A model generated the notes under the pieces. The model made no database searches. It had not been told where the DNA came from and saw nothing but the letters and a program-made list of their open reading frames with translations. Positions 25,461 through 38,400 of a stretch of 64,000 bases of DNA are shown here, piece after piece; the stretch's first letter is position 1; the number at the start of each line of letters is the position of its first letter. A program made the position numbers and the translations under genes. The stretch covers positions 56,544,001-56,608,000 of the forward strand of contig OZ260663.1 of the NCBI GenBank assembly GCA_965285935.1, read 5' to 3'. This stretch comes from Ophelia neglecta (lineage: Eukaryota).

Positions 25461-28400
25461 CGACTGTCCCGCTCGATAGATCTAGATAGTGATGTTACAC
25501 AAGCCCAGTGACAGCCATTGCAGTTACCGACAGCCTTACGGGTAAAGGGATACAAAGCGTACGCTTAATAACTTTTATATGAATTATCTGGCTTCGCTTT
25601 CCCCCAGATGTAAAGAATTTGGTCAAATGCGACAGGCAAATTCCTACTCGCCTATTTAAAGTCATTATAAGAGAACGTAAACACGTGAGCCAGGCCTGTG
25701 TTTTTCGGCTAGGACCTTTGCTTTGACTCCGTTGCCCTACTGAGGTGCCATTAGATTTTAGCAACAGTGTCGCATCTAAATATAGACATATGAGAAGCCC
25801 CAGGTTGAATATTTATAATGTATTAATATTTCATGATACACCTTTGCTCAAGGTTCTCGGTACCCGGATGTTAATTATTATCATTAAATCAACATTGTAA
25901 TAAGAATCTAAGAATTTCAGCGGCCTTCCCCTTTAAGCTTTACTTTAAATGTCATAGAATTTCTCGTCGTTAAATATTTCATTGTCTTTTTGTGCTACAT
26001 TATAAAAGGTCGAGGTCAGCTGTCAAACGTGCAACGAAGCGACGGCGTTGCTAGTACGTGTCGACAACGTGGCAAGCGGACATCATTTGCAATATCTTTT
26101 CCTGAAAATTAATGTGGGTGTCAGAAACATAGCTAAAGGCGTTGCCAAAATGTGATACTTGGGCCGGGGCATTATAAAGGCCCCAGGGAACAATTTCCTG
26201 GTGTCTCCTACTGCTAACTCGTAAAAGTACCTTAATTGTCACTGATAATTGCATGATATCCGGTGGCTAATATATTACAGTGGTTTCTGGCAGTGGTAGA
26301 CCTAAGTTATTTCTGGCTTCTCAAATTTTTTGAGGTGGGCAACGACTTGACTGTCCTGTTAGGAAGTCGGGTGAGTCACTTTCGTGGTCCGATCAATGAC
26401 GTCGCGATTCTTAATCAGCCAATTAAAACGCCGGTTGAAGGGGGATCATTTCCGATTTCGTTTTCGGGGGTTAAGTTGCAGGCGGACCGCACAAGTATAA
26501 AGTGCCATCATCGCTAGTGACAAAAGTGATTTTCACGCTGCGATAATCCTATTTTCATAAGCGTTTACACTTAATACAAATTCGACCTATATTAGACCAC
26601 CTATATAATCTTTCCTACGCCTCCTCAATCACCATTTCATCAATATCTTTTTCATGTTATGTACTGGTTGCTTATACAATTAAAAAAGAAAAAAAGAGAA
26701 CTAGAAAGTTGTCACCACACTTAAGGCCCTAGTTGCACAAAATGAAACCATGAACCACCATGTTTTACTCCTAAAGCTTGAATAATGTACCAACCACTCA
26801 ACCAGGCATTCAGTATGGTTCCATTTGCGGTTTTCATATCTGCTTGAGTATCTGCCCGAGGATGGCCATATCTTTCCTATCGCGTAAGTGCGAAGGATAA
26901 TATGGCAATCCGATGGCAGATGTAAAAAACGCAGTGCGATGTTATATTCATTGTTATAATGAAGATTATGCGGAAGCAACGGATGAATCCAATAAAAACG
27001 GTATCCTTTACATAATAGTCGTTAATGTGAGTGTCTGAAAGTGAATCATTGATTTTACAATCAAAAGCAACGGACGAATTAGAACAACAACCAGTGCTTT
27101 CTCCTTATGAATTTCCGAACGGAAATGGTCAGACTGAACGTGCTCGTGTTCACAAGCGATCGGTAATGCCTAGCTCTATTTTTCTTTCTTGCCAGTGTTT
27201 AACCGGCTGGCTATAAGGGCTGCTCAGCCACGTTTTATAACATTGACACGTTTAAGGAGAGTTTTTTTCAAAACCGCACTTCCTTAAACATGTAATAGTT
27301 CTATGTTTTATAACTAGACTCCACGTCCTTACCAAATACATTCAATTTGGTTGAAGACCCACTAGTGGCGACAGGTGAACCGACAGGTGACGAAAAGAAC
27401 ACTGGGGACGGAAAAAACGCCATCAATCTTGCTCGGTTCCTTTTTACGATAGGCAATTGCCCGCCGGCGCCTGATGGAAAAGACATGCTCAGCAAATTAT
27501 CTTGATAGGAGATATATTGTGGATCTACACAGCATACACGAATATCGCTATCCTAAGCCGCCTCGAAAGTGCCAATATATTTGATAAAATGTCACTAAGA
27601 ACCTTTCCGCTTACAAAATCAATGGAATAGGACGTCGCTTAAAGGTACACTTTAATCCTTCAGATGCATATGACAAATGTGTCAGCCCCTGATAAATAAC
27701 TTCCCTTTGATCTCTGCGGAAACACTGCATATCCTGAAGATCCTATTAAATCTATCCATTATTTTGGCAAAGAATACGAATAGGAGGAAATGTCGTTCCT
27801 AACCCATTATGATCACCGAACTTCATTAAATATACTGCAACTGGTACGAGCTTGAAATATGAAACACATATTTTACGGCAGAGGAAATTGTTTTTAGTTG
27901 GTCTACTGACCACATAGGTAACAAGTAAAAATGACGCTGACCCATATGTCATTTCGACATAGTTAGTTAACTCAAAGAACAACTCTTGGTTCACGAGCTG
28001 ACGCTTCAATGGGATAATTTTATTGAAAGAAAGTCCTCTTCAGGGCTGCCTTAGTTTGTGAAAGATTCCTCTCTGAAAATCAGGAAGTCGTTGGTTGTAT
28101 CTTATTATAGGCCTATTGCATTTTTCAGTATCTATTTGTCAATTAAGCCTTAAATCGCGTGGCTATAGGCCTATATTATGACAATGGTATATAAAGCTCT
28201 TGGAATTGTAAACACATATACATTCTCTACATGAATGTGGCAAGAAGTGGCTGGAAATTGGAATTGTAAAGCCAGTCTTAACATTCGGCCTGAAGTTAAT
28301 TGTAACTAAAACCATGCAGGAAGCAATTCAAAAGATTTAATGTGGATTGTCCTTTCATTGTTCAGCCCAAGACGTATTTAGAAAGTTTTAAATGCTCATA

Positions 28401-28888
28401 ATGTCGTATTTTAAGTGATTGTTAAATTGAACAATAGGGGATACGGAATTTAGCAAAGGTTCTTTCAATATAATACCTAGCCTTTATATTGGGACACGAC
28501 AATAACAATTGATTTAATAGGCATTGACATTAAATGTTGATGATCAGCAGGTGGAAATCAAATTGCGGGTCTTCGACCCTTCGATCAGTATCGCAAGAAG
28601 GTCTTCATAACCTTCGTTCGCAGATGCTCTGAAACATCATGTTCAACACCATGGAGTTCTGTACTATTCAAAATGTTATTATATGTAGGACTATATACTG
28701 AAGAACGCTCGAACAGAGTAATGTAATTTTAATTCACACACTTCATATGTTCAAAGTTGATTTCTTTGCCTATTTTAACACGATATCTGTCTAGAATAAT
28801 CGATAATTGTTGTATTGTAATCAAAAACAACCTCTACAATTAATTAATGAAAGGCCTGAGTGACCCAGTCGCAGAGAATAAGAAGGGC

Positions 28889-29130
28889 CTCGATTCAACT
28901 AGTGTAAAAATGGTTTAATTGACAGAGAAAAATGGCCTAACTAACAAAATAGAAATGGCCTAGTACAATGTTAGGATATTTACAGATGGACCGATTCGTG
29001 CGTTCACACAACGCATACATCTTCGGTCTGTATCTATAATGCTGCACCTAGATTAAGCGGTCATTTTGGTATGCATAACTCCATTTTGACAAAATGTCAT
29101 TTAGGCCATTTTTGCACTATGTTGACGAAG
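28889..29130. mobile_element. MITE-like element with ~30-bp terminal inverted repeats
   Basis: tcaactagtgtaaaaatggtttaattgaca (28895) vs tgtcatttaggccatttttgcactatgttga (ends 29125); inner inverted pair tacagatggaccga / tcggtctgta. Confidence 0.65.
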
Positions 29131-29369
29131 TCACGTTTATGACATTTCCAAATCATCATAAAGAGACATTTCTCAAAAGCTAAGGAGGTGATAAATAATG
29201 CGACAATTCGAGGCAATTTTGAGACTAATTCAATTGTCATACGTGACAAATCCTATATAAATGAAATGCTTATAGTGCAGGCCCCGGGGATTGTTTTAAG
29301 ATTGGAGAACACATGAAACAGAAGTTCACAGAAACAGAAGCTTGCAAACACCTGTAGCGATATAAATCA

Positions 29370-29520
29370 GGAGGCAGCTTGCCATATGGTTGGAGAAGTT
29401 AGCTGCAATTAACATCACAGACCGAGAAGGTATACCAGACCTAAGTTTAGTTTACACAGCCTGCGGAGCAGACGGGATGGAGCAAACTCTCAAACATGGT
29501 ACCTCAAGCTATTCAACACC
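29370..29520 (+). mobile_element. Tyrosine-recombinase box II fragment (Ngaro/DIRS-superfamily-like)
   Basis: LEKLAAIN followed after a frameshift by KFSLHSLRS (29443-29469), the HSLR catalytic motif in its usual context. Confidence 0.45.
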
Positions 29521-30129
29521 ATCCGTTTGTTTTCTGGCAGTTGATCATCACCGAAAACTCTGTATCTGATCAATGTTCGGAAACAGGTATTTGATCCGAC
29601 GGTACAAGCGGTTAGGTCAAAAATCCCGAATTTAAAAACACATTTGCTCCTATTACTGTAGGTGCAGCTCGGCCGGTAGATTTCTCAATGAGAAGTTTTG
29701 TTCAAAACAATTTTCGTTTTTTCTCCGCTACTTACATCGTATTCCCACTGCAATATCGATAACCAGGTAGCTATTGTCAAGGCAAGAAGGTGCTTCTTTG
29801 AATGGTTCTGAGGGATGATTTATATCATTTTTAAATCAAGGCAATATCTTGTTCACTGAACGATCGAAAAAATTGGCCCCGCCTATGACTTACAATCTAA
29901 GCAAATGACTTTGAAAAAGTGAAATGTCAAAGACCTTTGTAGAAGCAGAGGGACATTTGAGGGGCATGCATGGAATGATGACGAGCTGCCTTGAAGCGAC
30001 TGTATGCGAGGCGAATGACAACGTATATGGTATCATAACGAGGCTAGGAGCTGGTCAACAAACCTGATAAAGTGGCCGCGACTACCCACAAAGGAGACTT
30101 GTAAAAGTCCCTGGCAGGTTGTAAGAATA

Positions 30130-30430
30130 TATTTCTGACTGGGGGGAGTCATACAATATTAACCGACACCTGAGCAAAATCTGCCAATTACCAAGACAAC
30201 ATACACCGAAAAACTCGGAAAATGCCAACTTGGATTACCTCTATACGCCATTTTGCACAGTCTCTATTTAACCAAGGACCGGCTATGTGCGAATATGACG
30301 CCAATGTCATATGCGGTCAAATAGTACCCACAGTGAGTTGTAAACTTTTGGAGCATATCTTATGCCGCTATCTCCTGTGTCACCTGGAACAATATCGCAT
30401 TCTTACAATAGTTCCACGTTGTTTTCGCAT
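30130..30430 (+). mobile_element. CR1-group LINE reverse transcriptase fragment
   Basis: ORF 30222-30455: FAQSLFNQG...TVSCKLLEHILCRYLLCHLEQYRILTIVPRCFR, matching T.V.CKLLEHII...I..HLE...IL...QHGFR. Confidence 0.75.
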
Positions 30431-31377
30431 TTACACTGTCCGGTACTCAAAATAGGACATTGACCAGAAATGACTTTTTAATAAAAAAAATTCTTGTAAA
30501 TAAGACAAAAGGCGTGTTGTTTGTTGATGTACATGTACGTTAATTCGTAATAGATAACCCTTAAAATAACTACTTGAGATACAATTAATATAAAATCACT
30601 TGGCAATTTTCAAAACTTGTCTTGGGTGTTTTCAACACTATTGAGCACATACTCAATGATTAAAGCAAAAAAAAAAAGAAAAAATGAAGAAGAAGCAAAA
30701 TCACTTCGGTCTCATACGCCTAATCGAATAGTCATGCTCCGATAGCTAGAGGCACACAAACTGCACCGAATTAAAAACGAAAATAGGCCTGAAATCGATA
30801 ACTCTTAATCTAGGTAGAATATCTATTTCAAAATTTGATATGACCTTGCCGACAATTTCAGGTAGAATATCTTATTCATCAAAAAGTTTGAAAAAGTTCG
30901 ATTATCTTCTGAACATGTTAATATTGTTTGTACCAACTTCGTCTGGTAACTTTTATTCAAATGGCATACACACCAATTGACTTGAGAGGTTATGATTATA
31001 TATTCTTCCTGCAAGGTTTGGAAGATGTGCCACACGACTCGTGAATGTTATTCGCTGTGTATTATCTTGTGATATATCACTAAGTACCTGATAGCCAAAG
31101 AGTAGAGCAGTAAGTGGGTTTCATCTCGGCCTTGTTTAGCTCAATTTATATGAGGTATTTTGAAACCAAACTGCTTGAAAACCGAAGTTTATGGACCGAT
31201 TTTGTAACTCCAGCCAACACAGTAGGTCTGATGGTTGATCTGGCGGTGATAATCGAGATATTCATATATATTCATCTATCGATTGCCAATAGGCAAATTG
31301 ATCTATATATGTAAGTGGGAATTAAATATCAGGTTTTAGGCCTCGCGAGAAAATAGTCTTCGCAGGGTCTTCTAGAA

Positions 31378-31395
31378 CCCCCCCCCCCCCCCCCC
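31378..31395 (+). repeat. Poly-C tract (C18)
   Basis: Read directly from the sequence. Confidence 0.9.
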
Positions 31396-31895
31396 AACTG
31401 CCTACCCAAGCCCATCCAACGCAGACCCCAACGTCTAATGGTCCACCCTAATAAAAAGTCAGTTAGAAATTTTCTGCATGTAATAAAGTGCCTGAGGCGT
31501 TGAAAGTTTACACCTGCCAAACTCTTATTCGGATTGCCTAAAGGTCAACTTAAAGCTGTTACCTGTGGGGAACCCAACCAGTAGATAAGCCAGTGACTTA
31601 CTAATAGACAGATTTTCACTTTCTTCACCGTAAGTTAAATTAAGAACGCCATTAAATTGCCCGGAGAAGCCCACCACGCCGCGCTGTTCAGTCATCTGCT
31701 GTATTTCGACTCAGCGGGCTGACATTAACGGGCAAAGTTGTACTTAATCTCCGAAGATAACCTAGAAATATACGGAAAGGCCAGATGAAACCAGAACAGA
31801 CGGACAAGAGGCAGGACATAGGCACAATTGGTACACAAATGCCAAGCCCGACATGATCTATCAGGCAGAGGCGTAGGAAGGAAAATCAAAGTGGT

Positions 31896-31914
31896 GGGGG
31901 GGGGGGGGGGGGGG
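31896..31914 (+). repeat. Poly-G tract (G19), possibly within the end of a non-autonomous element starting near gaggcgtaggaagg (31868)
   Basis: The homopolymer is read directly; the element context is tentative because no partner end was found. Confidence 0.85.
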
Positions 31915-34900
31915 CAACTTTACATCAGCTGTATAAGGGACGAAATCAAGATTTGGTAGTGGGGTTCGGTGGTGCTATGAGCTATGTTTCTTTACCAGCG
32001 AGTTCGAGAAGGTGGGCCCTCTTACGACAAGAACAGTCCACTTTCGGTCAATTCAAAGATGCTTTTTTCAGACTTTGCCTTAAAACCCCCAAACTGAGAC
32101 TGTTGGTCATTCTTTTTTACCTGCCACAACATACTTTAATTCCGAATATTGCTGATTGGTTATGCTTCATTTCGCGCTTGCGTACAAGAGTCCGCGGCTC
32201 TATTGATATTTTGATTTGAGTAAAGACATTCCGAACTGCCGAAGACAGATGATCTAAAGACATATGTTGGTATTCAGAAATTTATGCCTAACATGTATAG
32301 AGTTATAAAAAATGCATATCATCATAAGTTTTATTGAAATGATTTGTCGTTTTCTTTAGCGACTGCCTATAATTCTCATTACTAAATTAGATGAAGATGG
32401 TTCAAATTTCAAACAGGTGCAAATAAAATAATTTCTCAAAAATGTTTATTTTCGACTAATGACCGCGTTGCAGCGTTAGCTGAGGTTTCCTTGCAATTGA
32501 GGAGACAGCCACTTCCAGCGGGAAGCTGGCTATGTTAAGATGGTTCTGACCAGTTAGGTTCTTTCTTGAAGGTCGATCGTTTTTTTTGCCGAAGGCGTGA
32601 GATTCCATTACTAGCTTGTCAATGTTCTGTTCTGTATATCTAATGTTAAAAAGTAAATTTGTTAGAAAAGGTTTATTTCTAAACTAATACACCCTGGGGT
32701 ATGTACACAGGCAGCACAGTAGTGAACCTGTGGGAATAATATTAATGCTTCCGGTGTACTACCCACGCTATTTTGTGCTGGTGGATTATTCGTGCACGGC
32801 CTCACGATGGAAGTAACAATGATGTGATTACAGGATATTTAATGGCGATGCATGCGGAAATGTTTGACCCACGTCCACCACTGCTGTCTACCATAAAAAG
32901 CTAACTTCCACTCCTCCCCATGAAGGGGAGATTAGGAACCTGTAAGCTTGTTAATGATCGTTGATTATCACGAAACTTCTTAACATCCTTCGGGGGCGGT
33001 CGGTTAGCATCTCCAGCAAAGAACTATGTTTTTGGATTTGCATGAGTCTTACGGAAAAGTTCTAGACATCTGACTATTAGAACAGAGCAATACTTATGGC
33101 TAAGCAATACTTAAGCTGCTCGATTGACAGCATTTCCTCTCACAGACACGGCAGCGGGTACCTAGCTGTGCTTACTCCTATACCTTCTAGCCACGTAAAA
33201 TAAGTATCTCAACGTTGTCAGTGTAGGAGTTAAGTGAGAGTTCCTGACTTCAAATGGTATATATCAATGAGCCAAAGGCTCGTTTTCATCCTACCAATCC
33301 CCGATAAACAGTACTTGATTTGTTAGCTAGTACGCAGTTTTAGCAAAAAAGGATAATATAGCAAACTAATTTGTAGAATGTGATTTATCAATATAAAAGG
33401 TATTGCTGACCCATACTTTTTCCGTAATAACTATAATTTGGAGATGCTTTATACGTCATTTACTGTAACATGTCCGGTACAAACTCGGGATACAAGACTA
33501 ACGTTACTTGTAGCAGTGATACAGCTGTATGCTAAGTTTGGGGAAAAAACAGTGTGCTAGCTAAAACGTAGACTAACGTTAGGCCTACTGCTAAGATTCT
33601 CTGCTTTGACGCAATCAAGGCGCATTCCTTTACATTAGGAGGTGGTTGGGCATCCAATAAAATAAGGCAACAATTCATTCATACACATCAACACGCCGAC
33701 AGACCTGGTGATTCTGACTTTTTTCGCTATATTGTGTAGAAGCTGTATGCCATTGCACGTCTATAATATAACCTGTAGGCCTCTGTAATTATACCAAGAA
33801 CTGTATTTGCGTTGCAGCTGAATAATTTTGCACACGAGAGATTGGATGCAACATATAAGATAACTGGAGGGGGGGGGGGTGGCTCTAAAAGATGTTTGAA
33901 CAAAAAAAGGTTTGTCAGCCATATTTGGAGAGAAATGCTATGCTCCTGAGAAGAAATAGGATTTTTTGCGCTAAAGGAAGGTTAATAAGACTAACTCATC
34001 TGATGCTGTACTCCCATGTCCTCCCAACTCAACAGTTCAACTAGTGTAAAACAGATGTCGGGAAGGTTATGAATGTTACTTTGGTAACTCACAACAGGTG
34101 TGAGCATTATCATCCACTGAAAGTTCGAGTGATGCTCCTTTGATAGTGTCGAAAGCCATGAAATAAAATTAATTTAACGAAAGGGAAGCCGTTATAAAGG
34201 TGCAGCTGTGGCAGGTGCTAGTTTTCTCAGTTGAGATCAGTGGTGTGTACAGTATGTGTGTGTGGGTCAAATGTAGTGAAACAGATGGAATTGGGGAAAG
34301 TAGCTATTACCTCAAAATTTTATTTACATGCACAGTTATTAGCGTTATATTTGTTTACACAAGTATACATGAATATTAATTTGTTCTAAAATCGTTCCTT
34401 AGAGAAAGTGTAAGTGAAAAAAAAACCCTCTATAAAGGACAAACAACTCTTTGATGTGACAAGAAATATTACAGATATGTGCAAAAGCAATATCCAGAGT
34501 GGATTTGGATTTTAACTGCCAGACAATAACTTATTTTATAAAAAATATTTTTTCTACTCTCCACCTGTCAATTATGCCTGTGGAGACCAAGAACTCTTCT
34601 TAATCGCATTATAATTTATTTTTATGAACGCTTTATCTGTGCTTATATATATTTCAGCTGGTTTTATTTTATGTTTCAATTCCTTCAGTTCTTGCGTATT
34701 TTGGTCAAATTTGTCAAATAAATTTTATTTGCTGTTATTGATATAACTTATATAAGAAAATTCTGATGTGAAGTGTTTGAGTATTCAATAAGAATTTGTT
34801 TCTTCCCTTTGATTTTAGTGGCTTAACATGCTCCTGTACGGTTTGATGGAATATATAATGACGTTTTGGCACTCTACACGACCATTATTATCAAACATCT

Positions 34901-35249
34901 TCTGCACCACTGATCTTTTTAGTAGATGCGATAAACCTTATTAAAAAGTGAATAAAAAATGGTAATTTTCCAGACACTCATATATTTGGCAGACAGTAGA
35001 GCCATATGTCAGGCAGAATATAATTTCCCAAAGGTAGTCGGAGAACAAACAAAATAAAATACACACCTTCAGGTTATAGAACACTTGGTCGGGCAGTATC
35101 TGATAAGACAACTTGGCAATGCTGGTCCTTAAATATGTATGGAACAGGCCTCTCCCCGTAAAACACACCACTTGATGCAACCTAACAATGTCCTTTTCCT
35201 GACAATCTCTTTGCTTTCAGTTAAATATAAACATAGTTTTTCAGTCGCA

Positions 35250-35468
35250 TGTTTTTGTGCATTGCTACAAGGAGCATATTTCTATTCCACAAATAAACAC
35301 CGGTCTTTGTATATATAATGTGTATAATATTAACCACTACAAGTTTTAAAAAAAGGTTTCTGATTGAACTACTCGTTGCTTTCACATAAATGTAAACATG
35401 ATCGTTCAATTGTATGTTTTGTGCATTATTACAAGGAGCATATTTGCACATTCCACTCAAAAATACAG
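35250..35468 (+). repeat. Short diverged direct repeat (~50 bp, two copies)
   Basis: gtttttgtgcattgctacaaggagcatatttctattccac (35251) and gttttgtgcattattacaaggagcatatttgcacattccac (35416). Confidence 0.75.
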
Positions 35469-38400
35469 ATCGAAGAATTTATCTTCTATTTTTAACGATT
35501 TTTTTTGGCCAAAGTATACTAATAATATAATAATATGTAATATTATATTTAGAGGGTCTATACCTCGTGTGTAATAACGTATATAATGTGTATAACATCT
35601 CTTAAATGTATACGATTATCACCTTTCAAAGATATAATTAATTACTATTATCTGTTTCTTTAGTGTTGCATTATGTCTTACGAAGAATGCACATACGAAG
35701 GTGAAAAGTTTGAAATTAATTTTCAAATTATTTGATTTTCATTTATTAAATTTGAAAAAAAATCAAACTGGAAAATGATTATTAAATTTCTGGGTCTGGT
35801 CCCTCTAAATTGATAAGCATGCGTTTATTGGAGAACAAGCGTACAAGATGTCTATATAAAATGGGCCAAAATAGCAGGATAGCAATTGCAATTTTTAGAA
35901 AATCCTTAGCTTAAAAATTAAAATGTCAAGATTGCACTCAGCTAGAGAAGCAGCTACAGCACAACACATATCAATGAAACAATCTCAAGCTCCCAAAATA
36001 AAACATTCCATATCAAAAAATTGACATGACTCGCAATAAGAAGTAGTCAATAATTGCATAGGTTTCAGGGGCAAGGATTTCAAAAAGGAGCAACGACCTT
36101 GAACTTGAGGTACTTTTTCACGTACTAATCAAAGCCAGATTCAATTAGGTCAACGGTAGTCAATATACACTCGGTGAATGCAATGAGTTGTTCTCGTTAA
36201 AGCGCAAGCTGCCATTGCTTTAACGCATTTGCAGTAAAAGCCTATTCTGACTTTGATATAGCAATTATACGTCCATGCTCCTGCCAGTTGTCATGGTCTT
36301 GGGCTTTACACCATACTTTGACAGTCACAGTATATTTGTAGCTTTTATTATAAGGGCAAAAAATTATTTGTAAAAAAAGTTTTTATACCTTGTAGTTTCT
36401 CGTGTCGTTGTCTCCATTATCTGTTGAACGAGATATAAAATGTCCGCGCAAATAAATCCTATATAATTATACTTTCAAATTGATATATTGTGACGACAAC
36501 AGACCTATTCTTCGTCTTTGTCCAAATTGTCAACAATATTGAAGAATCTCTCATATCATCAATGTGGTTTCTACGTACTTTCATCATATTTCTGGATATT
36601 TAAGTTCAACACACAGGCTGACTTTCGACGGTTTATACCTTGAAAACATGGTAAACAGCAAAACATTTCAATTAGAATATACTGATGGGTCATTTAGTCT
36701 GTTATTAGTAAACGACATTATCAGGTCTTTTGCACGAACGGTCCACAAATGCATTTCATTTCATACATCGTTCTGAATCATATTCAGATTTGATGACTGA
36801 ATCTGTTTTGTTATTAGTATTAAACACCAGCATTATGTCATTATTCAAATGAGATTGGAAACCACTCCAAATAATGAATGTCTAAAAATCAGCCAGGACA
36901 GCTAGACCTACCATTTTTGCCAATTGAATATTTTCCCGAATGCGGGACCTGAATAGGCAGTCAGGTAAAAAAACAGGATTGGATATGGGCAGACGAAACA
37001 ACATCATTCATCAAGAATAGTCCATTCAATCGAATCGAAATCATCCGCAAGATGCATTTCCATGCACACTAAAATGTTACCTTTTTATTAATATTTGTTT
37101 GTGATGAAAAAATACTGATAAAGTCGATTAAAATCACTTGAATGAAAAAGTTATCAACAGTTTTCTATGATGCGAGTCAGATTACAATACAAACAAAACA
37201 GTGGTCAACATGACTGGCGTGTTATTCCGCATGCCTCATACACTGCGGTCTTTCTTAAGATTATTATGCTAGTGTCATTTTCAAGTGTCTTGTTGCTGAC
37301 TCCATCAGATATACACTCATGCAAGATAAAGACGCGTAGCAAGTAGCTACCAAATATAATATTACTTTCTAGCACTGAAGCATAATTGGAGTCCAGCTAG
37401 TTACACGAATCAGCAACATCGTGTGAAAATATCAATAAAGAATACAAGAAGTGATTGCCTGCTTAAAGAAAACTGATGGCACTGTATGCATGAATTTTTA
37501 TTAGCTTTGACATAAACACACATCTTTATAGGCGAAAATGGCAAACTAGGAAAGAAGATACTAATTTCCTGTAAATTGACCCTCCCCCATCTCAACACCA
37601 GTGGGATCTTTCCAAAGTGTACCTGTTTTTAAAAGATAGTTGTCCGATAACACTCCATTGCCAAGGGGTATGGGGCTCTACCTTGTTGAAAGGGAGGGTT
37701 GCTGTCTACTTTTATATTTTCCTTGTATCACTGCAAGGTCTTTTTTTTAACTTGTGTCTACTAGGCTCCTACAAGTTTATATAATTTGTCATTTTGTATC
37801 TTTTATGTCTACCCTTTTGTGGCGCTGTCATTACCCCCTTTTTGGCAACGTTTTGCATTAGAACTATTAGTAGTAGTAGCTTATTTGCGCAAAATATTCT
37901 TCATTCTATATTGTCCGCATTGGAAAATGGCAAATTATTATATATATACTCTACATCAAGCTTGTGAAAAATATTGTTAAAGAAAGTAGAGCACTAGGTC
38001 ATTGAACTGGGTCTACGGGTCAGATTCTCTTGTCCCAATTTAAGAAAATCAATGAACATTTCATGGCAATTTAGACACATTATTTGGGATAATTGAATTT
38101 ACGTGGAATTCAATTCGTTACGCTAAATTGAGGAAACAGGATGTGATTGGAAGTTTAAGATTACCAATGGTTCGATCAATACATTTCTCCATCAATCAAT
38201 CAGGTTTGCGATACAGCAATCTAATCGTAGGTTAATTATTATACAAAATTACTTCCAATGTAGAGCATCATTAGGTTAACAGGGAACATATCTCAGTAAC
38301 CATCAACTATGTGGATGCATTTTCAGAATAAAAGAATTATCAAGATTTATCGTGTAAGAGGTGCGTTTTATCAACTGTCCAAATTTTGCAACTCAGCGTA

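Noticed and set aside
26516-26532. Similarity to the 3' part of miR-153 (tagtgacaaaagtgatt)
   Set aside because: The seed region does not match and no precursor hairpin is evident.
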